A stretch of DNA of 42,760 nt from Paraspadella gotoi (GCA_051294375.1 CM119267.1:21637709-21680468), one strand, 5' to 3'; shown: positions 1 through 13,668, numbered from the stretch's first letter. Translations and numbers: made by a program. The notes: generated from the letters alone by a model not told the origin.

Positions 1-161
1 TCCATTTTAAATTATTACATTGAATATTCAAAAGATAAAACTGAATTTGTTAATTTTTAAAAAAAAAGAAGTTGACTTTATAAAAATCGAAGGCTAAAAT
101 CGCTAAGTGTTAAGTTTTAACCAAGGAATTGAAAATNNNNNNNNNNNNNNNNNNNNNNNNN

Positions 162-1247
162 TCGACTCAAAGTAAACATGCAACAGCAGTTCAAGGAAGC
201 TGCGGCGGTTGCGAGCGGCGGCGTTAACGGCTACGAAGGCGGCAGCGGCGTCATTAGCAGTCTTGGGTGGGAAGCTCGATCACGCCAACTGGTTCATCTT
301 TGATTAATTACTTTCATTCTTTTCTTATTCTTTTTTCCCCATTTTCATCTTCCTCATCTTTTCAGCCCATCTCATCCTCCATACTCTTTGCCACCTTCTC
401 CTTTATTCCCCATCCCTAGGTGTTGTCGAGTCTCCAGTCCCGCATCCCAAGTCCACAATAATCATACATATTCCTTACGAGGCGATTTATACCAACGTCG
501 GTCATTTAAACGCGCGAAACCAATAGTATTTTGTGCTATCTTACAATGTATATTGCCCTTTGACTTTCTTCCTTCATTCAAAACTCCCCTTTCTTTACCA
601 GCCTCTTGTTCCTCGCCCCCCCTTCGGATTCTCTTTCCCTCCCCCTCCTCCACCTCGCATTCTCTCCGATTATACACGATTAGTATTATTATTAATATTA
701 TTATTAATCATTAAAATGTTTTTCGATCGTTGTTATTGGTTCGGACGAGTTCTAACGCCCGTGCGAACTGTTTCTAGTTCAACCATGATCTCCTGGATTT
801 GGACGTGGAGTTTTCGTTTTCCTGTTTGTTTTTTTTTTTTTATTTCCCGTTCGTTTTCTGCTCCTTTTTTTAATTTCTGTCTTTTTTTTCTGCCTGGTGT
901 CGTAGTCAATTAATTTATTTCTACTAGGATGTTTCTTTCTTTCTTTTTTCTCAATATCTATTTTTTTTTTGGAATTTTCATTTTGTTAAACCATAATTAA
1001 GTTAATTATATATTAGGGTTACTGCCAACTAGTCTCACGAGATTTTTGTTGTAGTTTTATAAGAATTTTAAACGTTAAATTTTCCTTTGTTTCAAATTCC
1101 TTCTTACGATGAAGCATTTTTAAGTTGAAAAGTACATCATCGTTCTGGATTTTGTAACATCAAGTCGACTTTGAAGTCACTTTCATATTCTTTACAAAAA
1201 CCAGACTTTTATTGCCAGCGAAAAAACAGAAGGGAGACTGCAACTCT

Positions 1248-1289
<42 letters not shown>

Positions 1290-1790
1290 TCTTCCGTTCT
1301 CTCTCTCTCTCTTGATCCTAAGTCTATATCTCTGTTATTCTAGTCTAGTCTTTTTCGATGGGAAAACTGAAGGTTCTTTGAAAATTAGTTTTGGCATACG
1401 GAGAGCTAAAAGAGAAATTGAAGTGAGACTACTTTTTTTGCCTTATAAATTCCTTTTCTTTCTTAGTATTAAAATATAATTCTATTTTTGTTTTTTTTCC
1501 TCTTCCTCATCTTTGTCGCTCTGTTGTTTAATTTTGTTTTCCAGTTAATTTACGTGTCATCTTAAGATCGTCATTATATCGATAATTGTCATTGTTTTAA
1601 CTATCTTTTCTGTCGTTATTTGTCATTAAATTAATCGCCGATATAACAATTTCTCTAATTAAAATATGTGTCGCATGTTGACTCGTTTGTTCCATTGATG
1701 CTGTGTAACTGCCGTGTTCCACCGCAGGCGAAATCATAAATTTTGAAGTCTAAAATTCCTACACTTTAAAATAATGAATTATATATAAGC
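162..1790 (+). repeat. Third, noisier copy of the mab-21 3' flank (24480-26070)
   Basis: Collinear match with many small indels, e.g. AACGGCTACGAAGGCGGCAGCGGCGTCATTAGCAGTCTTGGG at ~225 and ~24541. Confidence 0.9.
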
Positions 1791-4700
1791 AAGGTTTCTT
1801 ACAACTTAACAATAATTATTCTTTATTTTATAGCCAAAATATTTAAACATTGTTTTCCGAATGATCAGAATTGAAAAATATTATATACTTATCATCCCTT
1901 GACACTATTTATTATTCAACATTCCCTTTATTCATCCAAGAAATGTTATGTAGTTTTCGCAAATGTGATAAGCAATTTTCTTAAAATTGAGGTCCGACCG
2001 CTGACTGATTGATCGAATCTGTGTCATCTCCTTATCCTAATCAATTATCGATCCTTCTGTCTTTTGTCTACCGGGCGAAATCTGTTTTTTTCACATTAAC
2101 GTTTTCACATGGTCCGGGCGACGAGGCCAGCGAAGGACGACGACCGACGACAATGATGCACCGATGCCGCGACTCTCGGCGCCAGTGAATCATCTTCGGA
2201 GGAGAGGAGGAGGAGGAGGAGGAGGAGGAAATTTGGGAGAAGATTAATGATGATCGATCCGACATGTTGACAGGCGGTGAGGCTTTTTATATCTGGTATA
2301 CGATGTATGATGATGCGATCGGACGAGATGATGATTGTTATGGTTCCGACGCGATAAGAAAAATATAGTTCCTCTTTCTGTGCTTGCTTCAGCAAATATA
2401 CTCTCTTTGGAATTTATTAGCAATGAATTATAATTATCTCTCATAATAAAAAAGTCTAGTTTCTTGCGAATATAGAAGAACAAGAGAGAGAGAGAGAGAG
2501 AAGAGAGAGAGAGGAGAGAGGAGAGAGAGGCGAGAGAGAGAGAGAGAGAGAGAGAGAGACGAGACGATAGTTTGAATAGGCTCCATTCTGTCGTAATATC
2601 GATACCGTCATCTCGTTGTAATGTTTTGCTCGGGATAGAATCATATATTATCTATGTGATTGTGTGTATTTAATTAAATGTGTAACGTCATGTTCAATAG
2701 TCTCGTAATGAGAAGCGAAGAAGGGATTAGGAAGGTGCCCTGGCGTCACGGTGGGCTGAATATGAGTTGTAAATGTGGGGCGCGATATACTGAAGGATAT
2801 TATATCGGGCCCACTGGAGATGAGCATTTATTATGGGAGATGAAGATGAGAGAGAGAGGGAAGGGAGGAGATTGAGAAAGAGAGAGAGAGAGAGAAGATG
2901 AGAAGAATGAGAAGGAGAAGATGAGAGGGATTCAGCGCGCTGGTGGTTGGAAATTTTATGTATGGAGTTGATGGCTTTGTAAGATTATATGAGGTTATAC
3001 ATTTGAATATAGGAAAAATTTGATAAATAAACGTAGAGGATGTTTGGTATTATAATATTTGAAAAGAACTAACATAAATCTTTCTAGGGAAAATGTGCTT
3101 AATACCTATTAAGTTTAAAATTATATCTGTAATAAACTAACAGAAATGCGGGTTATCTTGACACTCGTTACTTAGGCAAAAAGAAGAAAAGAGGCCCATA
3201 TGCTTTTGTAATGATTGTCACAATCAAAACTTGAATCTTCTTGTCGGGCTTTTAATGTTTTCCGGTGCATCACCGAAATATTTATATTATGTATTCTCTT
3301 CTAAAACCTTCTAATCTTTTCCCGATCAAAACCAGAGTGGTCTGGCTTTATTTTGGTTTTTAAGAATTACGCTAAACTAAGCGCTACTCTCTCCACACTT
3401 ACCTGTCATATATATAAGACGCTATCTAGCTTATAATATATTTAATCTACTTATATCCGATAATTAATACGCCTTAGAACTCGTATCGATACAGTAAATC
3501 CCGATTCAACCGCTTTCATACGTACTTTTTTTTTCTACATTATTTTAATAAGTAGTGGGCGAAAAGGCAGTCTAGCATATTGTTTCTGCCTTTCTCTAAC
3601 CTTTGACTGGTTTCTGCCCCGCCGTCGGCTAGCTACACTTCATTTAATTAATAAATGTTTTCCCAGCCAGAACAAAGTCCTTTTTATTTGTTCATTATAA
3701 ATTTAATAAAAAAATCAAAGCTTATAGATATTGAGTTTGCTTGTTAGCCGCTTATGCCAAGCATCTTAGAATATTCTTTGTATGCCCTTGACAGTTCTTT
3801 TCTTCAATTCATTTTCAACACGAATCAAGGTACTATTCATGATTTTTAACCATTTTAATCCAAATTTTTTAGCCTAATCTTTAGATATTAAAAGCCATGT
3901 ATTGAATGTAATGACATTCAAAGTAATATATACATATATATTTCATTATTTATTCAACTATATATCTCTTTTTTCTTAAAGTTATCGCTATACATCGCGT
4001 CCGGGTAAAAAAGTTTAAGTAAAATTTACACAGTGAAGTTTTAAAAATTAATAGAAGCTACGCTCCGCCAACCCTATAATGTGCGGAACGATCAAGTAAA
4101 TTCCATGCTTCCATTTATCTGATGTTTTAAAAGTATCAGCTGGTATTCGTCCCCGCGTATCTGTACGACCGGTGTCGCTCCATCACGCCCGGCAGTCGAC
4201 CGTCTCCGCCCGTCTCGCGCGCTCCCGCCCCCCCGGCCCCTTCTCGCACGACCGCCCGATCTGCCATCTCCGGATTCCCTGGCCACACCTCCCCGCCGCG
4301 CATCTCGCAGCGCATGTCTGCAGCGTCTGCGGCAGCTGGCTCTCCCTGGCTCTCCGTAATCCCGCAACTGGCCATGAGAGCGACCGAAGATCCCGGCCAC
4401 CACGCCAGCGACGTTCCACCGCCAGGGGCGTTCTTTTCTGAAGTAGGGCACAAGTACTGCAAACAAGAGGCGGCGCAGTGAGACCGACATGAACGCGAGA
4501 AGCAACCGCCGCCCCCGCCGATGGTGTGGGCGGAACCCGCCCCCTCCGCGATAAAAAAATTAGGCCGCGTTTTTGATAACTTCAATTGCATTATTCTTGA
4601 AAGAACATAAATGGATTTTCTCTTTTTTCTCGCGCAAAAGCGCAGGAGATTTAAAAAAAAAAAACTCTCGATAATTTTTTTTTCTCACCTGCCAACCACA

Positions 4701-4949
4701 ACTTGTAGGGTACGATTCGTGGAGTTGACGGTGACGGCATTTTGATGATCGATTTCGAGATTCTTCGAAAAAGCGTGAAATTCACCCGTTCGGAACGATG
4801 TCGCCTTTTTTTCGATTTTTCGCTCCTTTCCTCCCATCGCGCCCCCCGGCGATGACCAAAACCGCGCCCAACTCCAACGCGCTCCGGCGCCGATGGAAAA
4901 GCGCGAGACGAGAAATTGGTGGCCCTCGTGCACGTTTTAGCCGCGGCCG

Positions 4950-7112
4950 GATGAATCGGGGGCGATCCTGACCCGCGAAAGCGAAGCTAGCTGGATAAGC
5001 AGAAGTTGCCGAGTCGCGTCCTTCCGGAACGTCGCCCCCCCCGTCAGTGAGAGGGTGATTCCGATGTAGCAGTTGGCGAAAGCGTGTCCAAACAAGCAGC
5101 CGGACAGCCGATGGGGGCCCCAGTTACTAGACGATGGAACCAGACGCATGGAGAGTTGGCGCTCTTGACTTCTCCGCTTCCTGACACCTTTTCCGAGATC
5201 TCGCCGATTCTAACCTCGCGAAGGTGTCGCCATTCCGCTCGGAAGCCTCCATTCAAGAATCCTTAGGACTAACTTACCGTTTCACAGCTATCCTCGTGGA
5301 GAACGCGCAGCGTAACACTATTCCTCCCTCGTCAAAATTTCTTTCCGCGGGATTTTCTCTCCGGCTCGAGCGCGTTGGAGGAGACACTTTTCTTCGCACA
5401 GCCATCGCCACTCTTCCTGCACCGCGGGTGCGAAAGACGCTTTGGTAGTGCACGCCCAACGCGGGGACTGAACTTCCTGGAGAGATATCTCAGTCCATTG
5501 GCGGTGGGGGAATTTATTCTTTCTTAACGCAGCTTCCTGGATGTTACAGTGCCCTACCCCGGATGATACGACATGAGCATCCCCACTTTCCACCCGTTTG
5601 TAACCAGTCCAGGTCTGGGAATGATGTAGCTGAGAAAGTCATTGGACTCCTCTATAATAGTATAATGAAGAAATACAAAGTTAAAAAAACATAATACCAA
5701 GCAATCCTGTTCCACGAGATCTTCAAACACCATCATTGCTACCGACATGGCGCATCGATTTGTAGCCTTTTCTCCAAAAATTCAAGATCACCCAAAACTT
5801 TTGAAAGTTTTTGAAAATTTATTAATTTCCAAATTTTGGGGTCATGACCACTGGTTAACTTTGGTTTATTTGATCTCCCTGGCGCCAGGACAAGCGTAAC
5901 CCGAAGTGAACGCTTGTTAATATACTTATATGAACCCATGGGCGATCCATGAAGTAATTCCCTTGTATGTTTTTCTCTGTCTGATAATGGAGCCATTACT
6001 TTGGTCCTCCACCTACGAGACTGGCGGACGAGAGGGGGAGACGATGAGGAGGAGGAGGAGAGAGTAGGAAAAGCGGATCAAAGGGAAAGAGAGGAGAGGC
6101 AGTTTAGGTACCACCATGATAAAATCGGCACGCCAATTTAGAAGGGAAAGAATCCGACAGGCGCACAAAGGCCAAGAAGTCGATGAACGAGAGACCGCAC
6201 AGGATCGCATTTGTAGAAAAGGTGGTAGAAAGATAGATTAGACTGGAGGGGGATGGGTGCAACGTGAGAGCGATCACCGTAGCACATGCCGCGAGAAGTC
6301 TATACAGTGCTAAGAGATCAGGACAGAATAACGATAGAGATAAGAATAAGATATATCGAGAGTAAGAATTATGTTGATAAGGTGAGAATAGAATATACTC
6401 GATATATTACGAATAGATAGATCATAGAATTAGATAGAGAGTACGGCGAATAGATAGCAATAGATAGGAAGTGTGATAAGATTAATATGGCTTAGATAGT
6501 AAATTAGTGAGGAAGGTCAGTAAATTGGACAATAAATGTAGTAAAAGTCAAGACCACAAGGATCATATTCCACATAAAAAATAAACGAACCTCTAAGCCG
6601 ATTGGTAGAAGTAAACGTTGTCGACCAAGCGACTGCACCCGACGAGCAAATTGGAAGAACCGCCGACGCCTCACGAGGCGACGTCGGCCGAAGGCATCGA
6701 TGAATGTAAGCCGACAAAGAAAGCAGGCTGACAGACTGCGACGTAGAAAGCGTCTCCGTCCAGATTGACGAGCCAATGCCCTGGTCGCAAACGGAGCCTC
6801 CATTCGGCGCCAGCGGATTGGAAAGGACCGGCTCCTCGAGGTCCAGTGTGTCGCAGGCATCCAGGTCGCAGATCTCGCTCCGGGAATCGATCCCCTGACT
6901 TGGGTCTCGTTTCTCGAGAGTCAGGTTAAGGTAAGGAGCCGAAATCGCCAGAGCGCGGAATCTCGGCTCGTACGTGGCAAAGCGTTTCCCCCCCCTGAAA
7001 GAGGAACTCTGAACAAATCCGATGACGAACGTTGCACTAGGGAAGACGCCGAGCCGATACCACCGCAGACTGCCGAAAAGAGGGAGAAGATCATCCAACT
7101 CTTGGGCGCCAT
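4950..7112 (-). pseudogene. Possible highly degraded or error-rich Penelope-like retroelement (RT plus GIY-YIG)
   Basis: Motif-like fragments in PLE order on minus: RGGKRFA, NLTLEKR, CDQG, IHRCLRP, GSPMGS, IEES..FL, LRKNKFP, CP..C...YIGIT. No intact YxDD; spacing is irregular. Confidence 0.35.
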
Positions 7113-8164
7113 TGTCTACGGGTTGATCGCTAGAAAGGAGGGAAATCTCCTAGGAAAATGATAAAAGTGGACCCGATATTAAAATGAAACGGGATTTTGT
7201 GGCGAAAACCGAAAACGTTTTGGTAGTTTGAGGAATGGCAAGAAAAAATTCCTTACGCTGGGAAAACGTGTGATGTGACTAAGTTATAAATAAATCCTAA
7301 AATCAATTTGGCAGCATCGCCGTTTCATTCACTGTTGATCGGTTGCGGGGAAACTGGTTTCTTTGCACTCTGTGACAATAACCATCTCTAGTTAAAAAAG
7401 GTTTAAATAAAAGTGTCGGGATCGATGAAGTCAGTGGAAAAAGTGTTGGAAATGTACTGACGAGCTACGATTGACTATTCCACTCCGCGTTACCAAACAC
7501 TTTCGGGCACCAGACGAATCAATAACTGACCGATTACGTGATGGGTCGGCTAGATGGCGATGCTGAGATTGTTTCCTTGGAAACGGTCTCATTTTAGGTA
7601 TTACATATGAATAATTAATAGATAAAATTGAATCTTTTAATTAAAAAAAAAAAAGAAGTTGACTTAAAGAAATCGATAGGCTGAAAATCGCTAAGTGTTA
7701 AGCTTTTTAACCAGACCGAATTATCAATATTAGCGATCTTTATAAAATTCCGGTGGCCATTCGTGCTGGAATAATATCCAAATTTATTAAATATTTATTT
7801 AATTCTACAATTCAGATAGGTTAATTATATTACAAATTAAACTCTTAATACTTTTTACACGATATCGATACCAAAACGTTTTAAAAATAAAACGTTTCAA
7901 GTTTCATCATCGCCCTTCAAAAAAAAAACACAAAAAAAGAATAGAAAACACACTCAAAAACCAACGCAAATCGATATTAATTTTTTAAATTTGTTTTAAA
8001 TTCCTTGCTGCATAAAATACGATCTCTGATTCTATTTAAAGGTCACACTCACTAATCCGCGATCTCTCATCCCCAACATTTTACCGGTTTTTTTTGTTTT
8101 TTTTTGGCTAAATTAAAAAAAGCTTAAAAATATTTCTCCCTTTTAAAAAACGAAAGTCCAACGG

Positions 8165-8253
8165 TTTTTTTTTGACAAATGTCTCTTCCTCGTCGATCCC
8201 TTGTAGCGGGACATGAGAAAATGTTTTTCTTCAATTGTAGTAAAGACATGTTT

Positions 8254-8328
<75 letters not shown>

Positions 8329-9180
8329 TTTTTAATTTTTTTAAATTGAATTATCATTTCGGAATGAACGTAAGCCGTTTGAGGACTGAACCTTCGAAAG
8401 AAGTTTTTATGAAGTTTTAATTTAAGGAATGAAAGACAAAAACAATTTTTTTACTAGCAGGTTAATGTATTCAAAGACGGCGATTATTAATCATTGTGCA
8501 ATTTTGAAAAAAGTGTTCATGTATCTATTAAAAGTCTCGTTAGAACAAACGATTATAGTACATTGCAAATTCTATCTCAATATAACTCAATTTTTATAAT
8601 TTTTGAAAACATTTTTTATTAGTCTAATATAAAAAAATATATATAAAAATATATATAAAAAAATAATATATTGTAAAATCAACTATTTTTTTGACAAATG
8701 TCTGCGTCCTCGTCGTATCCCCTTGTAGCGGGACAATGAGAAGAATGTTCTTTCTTACAATTGCTAGTAAAGACATTGTTTAGAGAGCAGAGAGAGAGAG
8801 AAGGAGAGAGAGACGAGAAGCACGATGAGAGAGATAATCTTTTAATTTTTTTACAATGAATTTATCATTCGGAATAACTAAGCGTTTGAGGACTGAACCT
8901 TCGAAAGAAGTTTTTATAAGTTTTAATTTTAAGATGAAAGACAAAAACAATTTTTTACTAGCAGGTTAATGAATTCAAAGACGGCGATTATTAATCATTG
9001 TGCAAATTTTGAAAAAAGTGTTCATGTATCTATTAAAATCTCGTTAGGAAACAAACGATTATAGTACATTGCAAATTCTATCTCAATATAACTCAATTTT
9101 TATTAATTTGAAAACATTTTTTATTAGTTCTAAGTATAAAAAAATATATATAAAAATATATTATAAAAAAAAATAATAAT
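8165..9180 (+). repeat. Tandem duplication of an ~500-bp unit (8165-8680 and 8686-9180)
   Basis: Both units begin TTTTTTTGACAAATGTCT and share collinear sequence with indel noise. Confidence 0.9.
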
Positions 9181-9215
9181 TGAAATTTTCAAAAACCTTT
9201 ATTGCTGTTACATAT

Positions 9216-9424
9216 ATTAAGTCGTAACATTTTTCTTTTTTCTCCTTTCTCTTTTGTCCTTTGCATTGGTACTTCTCAATTAAAGGGCGAAATTATTGTG
9301 TCCCCCAGAATAGTTACGGGAGTTGAATTAGCGCGAAAGACAATCTACGTTACTTCGCTGACGGTGACAGGGGGCACGGTTGTCAGCGGGTACGAAGATA
9401 CAGAAGAAACAGAAGAGAGAGAGA

Positions 9425-9468
<44 letters not shown>

Positions 9469-9623
9469 GGTACTCTCTTCTCTGTCGTATTCTCTCTCTC
9501 TCTCTGCTTTTTCAATCTATCAATATTTAGTCATGTTTTAAAGTTTTAAAAAGCTTTTCATTACTTCATTAATCCTTTCAAGTATGTGTATCTCATTAGA
9601 GAGAGAGAAGGAGAGAGAGAGAA

Positions 9624-9654
<31 letters not shown>

Positions 9655-9907
9655 AGAAAGAGAGAGAGAGAGCATAGAGAAAGAGCAGATAGAGAGAGAT
9701 CGCCGCAAAGAGACAGAAACCAAAGAGAGTGAAAATCGCGAAGAGGGAGAAAAATACTAAAAGAGAGAGAGAGCATACAGTGCGGGAAGAGAGGTGTATC
9801 TCTCTTTATATGTCTCACGCCCTGTGAGCTTCACCGTCTCCGTTGGCTCGACTCACGAATTCCACCAGTTCTCCTCTTCCTCTGTCAGCCTTTACTATAA
9901 CTGCTAT

Positions 9908-9938
<31 letters not shown>

Positions 9939-10512
9939 CCCCTTTCGTCCGGACGGCCCTCAGAACTCAGGTGCGCAGAAGATCAGAGCTCCGTGCCCAG
10001 GGTTGGAGGGAGCTCGGGAAGGAGAGGAAGGAGGGGATTTAGGGAGTTGTTTAACATAGGGGCGGGTTTAAGTGTGGAAGTGGGGCACAGGAAAAGTTTT
10101 GGAAAATGTCGGGCAGCAGGGAAAGATGGGGGAAATGCGGGAAGAAGGGGAAGGTGGAGCAGAAGGGGAGAATGGGCGGAGGAGAGTTTCACTGGAGAGA
10201 GAAGTAACCAATAATGCCTCTCTCTCTCTCTCACTCTTCTCTCTCTCTCTCTCTTCTCTTCTCTCCTCTCTCTCTGTTCTTCTGTTCTTCGTCAACGCTG
10301 ACAAACCGTGCCGCCCGTCCCCAGCTGTCACCATGGATAAATTTAATAATTCGTCACGAGGAGTAGACGAGATTGTCTTTTCGCTTGCTAAAACACATTC
10401 CGCGTAACGTCATTTCTGGGGCCGACAGACTAATTTTCCCCTTAATTTGATTAAGACCAGTGCAAAGTGAAAAGAGGAAAGGAAAAAAGAAAAAATTTTA
10501 CGAACTAATTAG
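9216..10512. repeat. Diverged inverted repeat, arms ~9216-9490 and ~10190-10512
   Basis: For example GGCACGGTTGTCAGCG (~9373) versus CGCTGACAAACCGTGCC (~10296), and GAAAGACAATCT versus AGATTGTCTTT. Confidence 0.75.
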
Positions 10513-10626
10513 ATGCTAACCCAANNNNNNNNNNNNNNNNNNNNNNNNNNNNNNNNNNNNNNNNNNNNNNNNNNNNNNNNNNNNNNNNNNNNNNNNNNNN
10601 NNNNNNNNNNNNNNNNNNNNNNNNGC

Positions 10627-11038
10627 ATTAAAATAAAAGTTATTATGTGAGTCTCGAACCCTCGACTTTCAGCCGCGGCTTCGCGGCGTTGCCTTTGGCG
10701 CCACCTTGGCTATTTGTACATAACTTATCATAATTGAAACTAATTTACTCCGTTTGATGATCTTTTGTATTTTATAACAAAAGACCACGTCGTCTGTCTA
10801 GTCAAGTCATGAGGTGACGTCATCCTGTCATTTCACGCCAACTGACGTCACGAACTCTTACTTTTGAAATTGTTATGTTTCTTCTTATTCATTATCGTTG
10901 TTATCTCAAATAAAGAGGTATTGTCTCCTAAAACGTCTTTTACTTACCTTTCATAAATTGCAAGAATTTATTGGTATCTTTTACATCTTTGAAAAGTCTC
11001 TAAACATCTCCTAAAGTCGGGCCTGGATCAAATCTACA
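10627..11038 (+). repeat. Displaced and inverted remainder of the 3' LTR (LTR nt 14 to end)
   Basis: Near-identical reverse complement of 19137-19548. Ends ATCTACA, followed by the TA-rich host flank that also appears at 30277 onward. Confidence 0.9.
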
Positions 11039-12009
11039 TATATATATATATTATAATAATGAAATGGCAATTTCATTTTGCCGATATTATTCCGACTTAA
11101 TCCTCAATTAAGGATAAAATGAATAAATATTAACTCTTTGAGAGGGACGATAACTTTTTTTAAAAAAACTAAATCTTAACATTATAGAACATTATAGACA
11201 TTTTAGGTTATATTAGCCGTAAAAAAATATTATTCCTAAACAGGTAAAAAAAAATAACACGAATATTGGAAAGAACCGTAGTCATTAAATTTACTACAAT
11301 ATGCAAATTATATTAAGTAGAAATCTACTATGAAATTAAATTCAATAGGGGCGGGGTTCAAAACTTTAGTCTTGAGTCTACTTTTAGGTAAAAAAAGAAT
11401 TTTTTCAAAAAGTTTGATTTTAATGCTTTTATTGTTGCTATTAAAATTACAATATTACTATATAATGATAAAAAAATTTTTTAATCAATATTAACTTTTT
11501 TGATGGATTCTGATAGAGCATAAAAGTTAAATAAAAATTTAACTACAACTTTTCGAAAATATTTATGTTTTCTTGGTCAAAATTAAGAAAAAGTAATAAA
11601 ATTATCGAAAAATGATGATGATGATGATTATAAATAGTTTTTCATATTTTTCACATACTTATGATCAAATATCGAAAAAAGAAATTATACTTTGTGTTGA
11701 CAACTTTTTGGCAAGCTACCTGAATCTGATCTTAAAAATAAAAAAATCCAAAAAAATTTTTTAGCCTTTCCTATTTATAAATAAATATTAAAAAATTAAT
11801 ATATGGAGTATGGAGTAATATAAAAAATTTTGTCTATTCAATTTTTTTTAAAAATGTCTAAATTTTTCGTTTGAGCAGGTGCTTTAATTCAATTTCTTAA
11901 CCACCTTACTGAGTTAGTCTCCCCCTATATTAAGCTACCGTCTCGTTAACAGCGAAACGAATGGACCCAACCCTCATCAAACCTTACCCTCCTTACGTCC
12001 GCAACTTAC

Positions 12010-12206
12010 CCTCGTATCTGCCGTTGATTTCCGCCAGCGACGAGATGAAACCTCGGCTTCCTGCACCTCCACTTCCCTCAGGAACCTCCATGACGATCTT
12101 GGTGATCTCCCTCACCGTCTTCGAGACTCCAAGCTTGCGGGTCTGAAACCCTGTCGTTGTAGAACTTGTTCAGTTGGAACAGGAGGCGGGACTGGGCGGC
12201 CAACAT
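12010..12206 (-). CDS. mab-21: Mab-21 copy A, exon 1 (inverted relative to exons 2-6 of copy A; ~4 extra nt)
   Basis: Near-identical to 30629-30821. ATG at 12204-12206, GT donor at 12008-12009. The single-base insertions look like sequencing errors. Confidence 0.85.
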
Positions 12207-12708
12207 TTTTTGAATGGGAAGAGGTGAGTGAGAGAGAGAGAGTTTGAAAGGGTAAGGTTGGTTTTATTTTTTTTTTAAATTTTTGTTAGTTTGTTTGTTT
12301 GTTTTGTTTCGACGCCGAGTTATTTTTTTTTTTTTTTTATGAGCGAATTGATTATGGATGGACGAGGAAAGTCCTTGCCGTCATTTCGTTAAGTGTTTCG
12401 AATGAAAGAGCTCTTTTTTGTCCATTCCTTTGTTTGTTTAATTTCCAGAGAGAAATGTTTCTTTCGGTTAATAACGCAGACAATCTCCTATGTTCAGTTG
12501 GGTTCTTCGTTTTATTTATTTGTATTATTAGTTTGTTTAATCGTTTGATTTACTTTTTGACACAACATAATTCTTTCTCGATTAAACTATTCGTTTTTCG
12601 CGCGTTAAAAGTATCGCCGGACGTCGTTGTCGTTGTTGTCGTCGTCGTTCCAAAAGGTGTCGTCTAATTGCGAGGCGATGACGTCGGCAGCTCACGACGT
12701 CGTAGTTG

Positions 12709-12746
<38 letters not shown>

Positions 12747-13347
12747 GCAACGAAATCACGTTCCGCTCTGCGTTTTCCACTTAAGAACGTCCGCCTTTTT
12801 TTTCTCCGCCCACCTTAATTTTCCCTTTTTTTATTTTCTTCTCTTCTTTGTGTTTCCTTAAATTTGTCCACCTTTCTTTTTAAAAAGGTGTTAAAATCTT
12901 TCTCCACCTTCTCTCAGCTTCTCTTTGTCGTGATATTTATTTATTTTTTTTTTTTTTACTTCGCGAAGAAGAAAAAAAAAATATTTCGTGGGGAAAATTA
13001 AGAAAATCACCGACGTCCCGCGGTTTTCTTCTTTTTTTTTTCTTCAAATCTTTTTCGACTCTTGTCTCCGTCTTGCCCCGGCACTCGCTCTTCTCTTTTT
13101 CCTCTCTCTCTCGCGTAAAAGAAGAGGAAGAGAGAGGATTAATTTCAGGTTTCGGGTTTTGAAACTTTTTTTTTTTTGTTTTAATTTTCTATTTTCCCGT
13201 CGAAGTCGATTTTAGTAAATCCGTTTTGAGAAGAGACTTCATTTCTTTCCGAACGAAATCCGTTGAAGACGAATAACGATGACGCCGACGATTGAAGTTG
13301 GACGCCGATCGGAAGAGGGAGCGAGAGCGAAGGCGAAAACAATCCTG

Positions 13348-13425
<78 letters not shown>

Positions 13426-13544
13426 GAGAAAAGTATGAGAAAAATTAAAAGGAGATTTTCAGGTTAAAAGGAGCGAATGGGTAATATATATTTAAAGTAT
13501 TGATTGAAACTAAGATACAGTCAATAAGTTAAAAAAGCTTGCTT

Positions 13545-13619
13545 TCTTTTCTTTTCTTTTCTTTTCTTTTCTTTTCTTTCTTTTTTTTCTTCTTTCTTTC
13601 TTTCTTTCTTTCTTCTTTC

Positions 13620-13656
<37 letters not shown>

Positions 13657-13668
13657 TTTCTTTCTTTA
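13545..13668 (+). repeat. (CTTT)n/(CTTTT)n microsatellite, also at 32101-32247; many (GA)n, (GAG)n and (GAC)n tracts throughout the window
   Basis: Directly visible. Confidence 0.95.

Noticed and set aside
2678-2875. ORF with SCKCGARY...YIGPT resembling GIY-YIG
   Set aside because: Isolated short match in noisy sequence that runs into (GA)n; no supporting motifs.
6640-6770. Plus-strand WKNRRR peptide resembling homeodomain helix 3
   Set aside because: Lacks the WF.N core and helices 1-2; likely a chance Arg-rich translation.
8165-9180. Tandem duplication as a pair of LTRs
   Set aside because: No TG..CA ends, PBS or internal region; the second unit is indel-noisy, consistent with overlap from gap filling.
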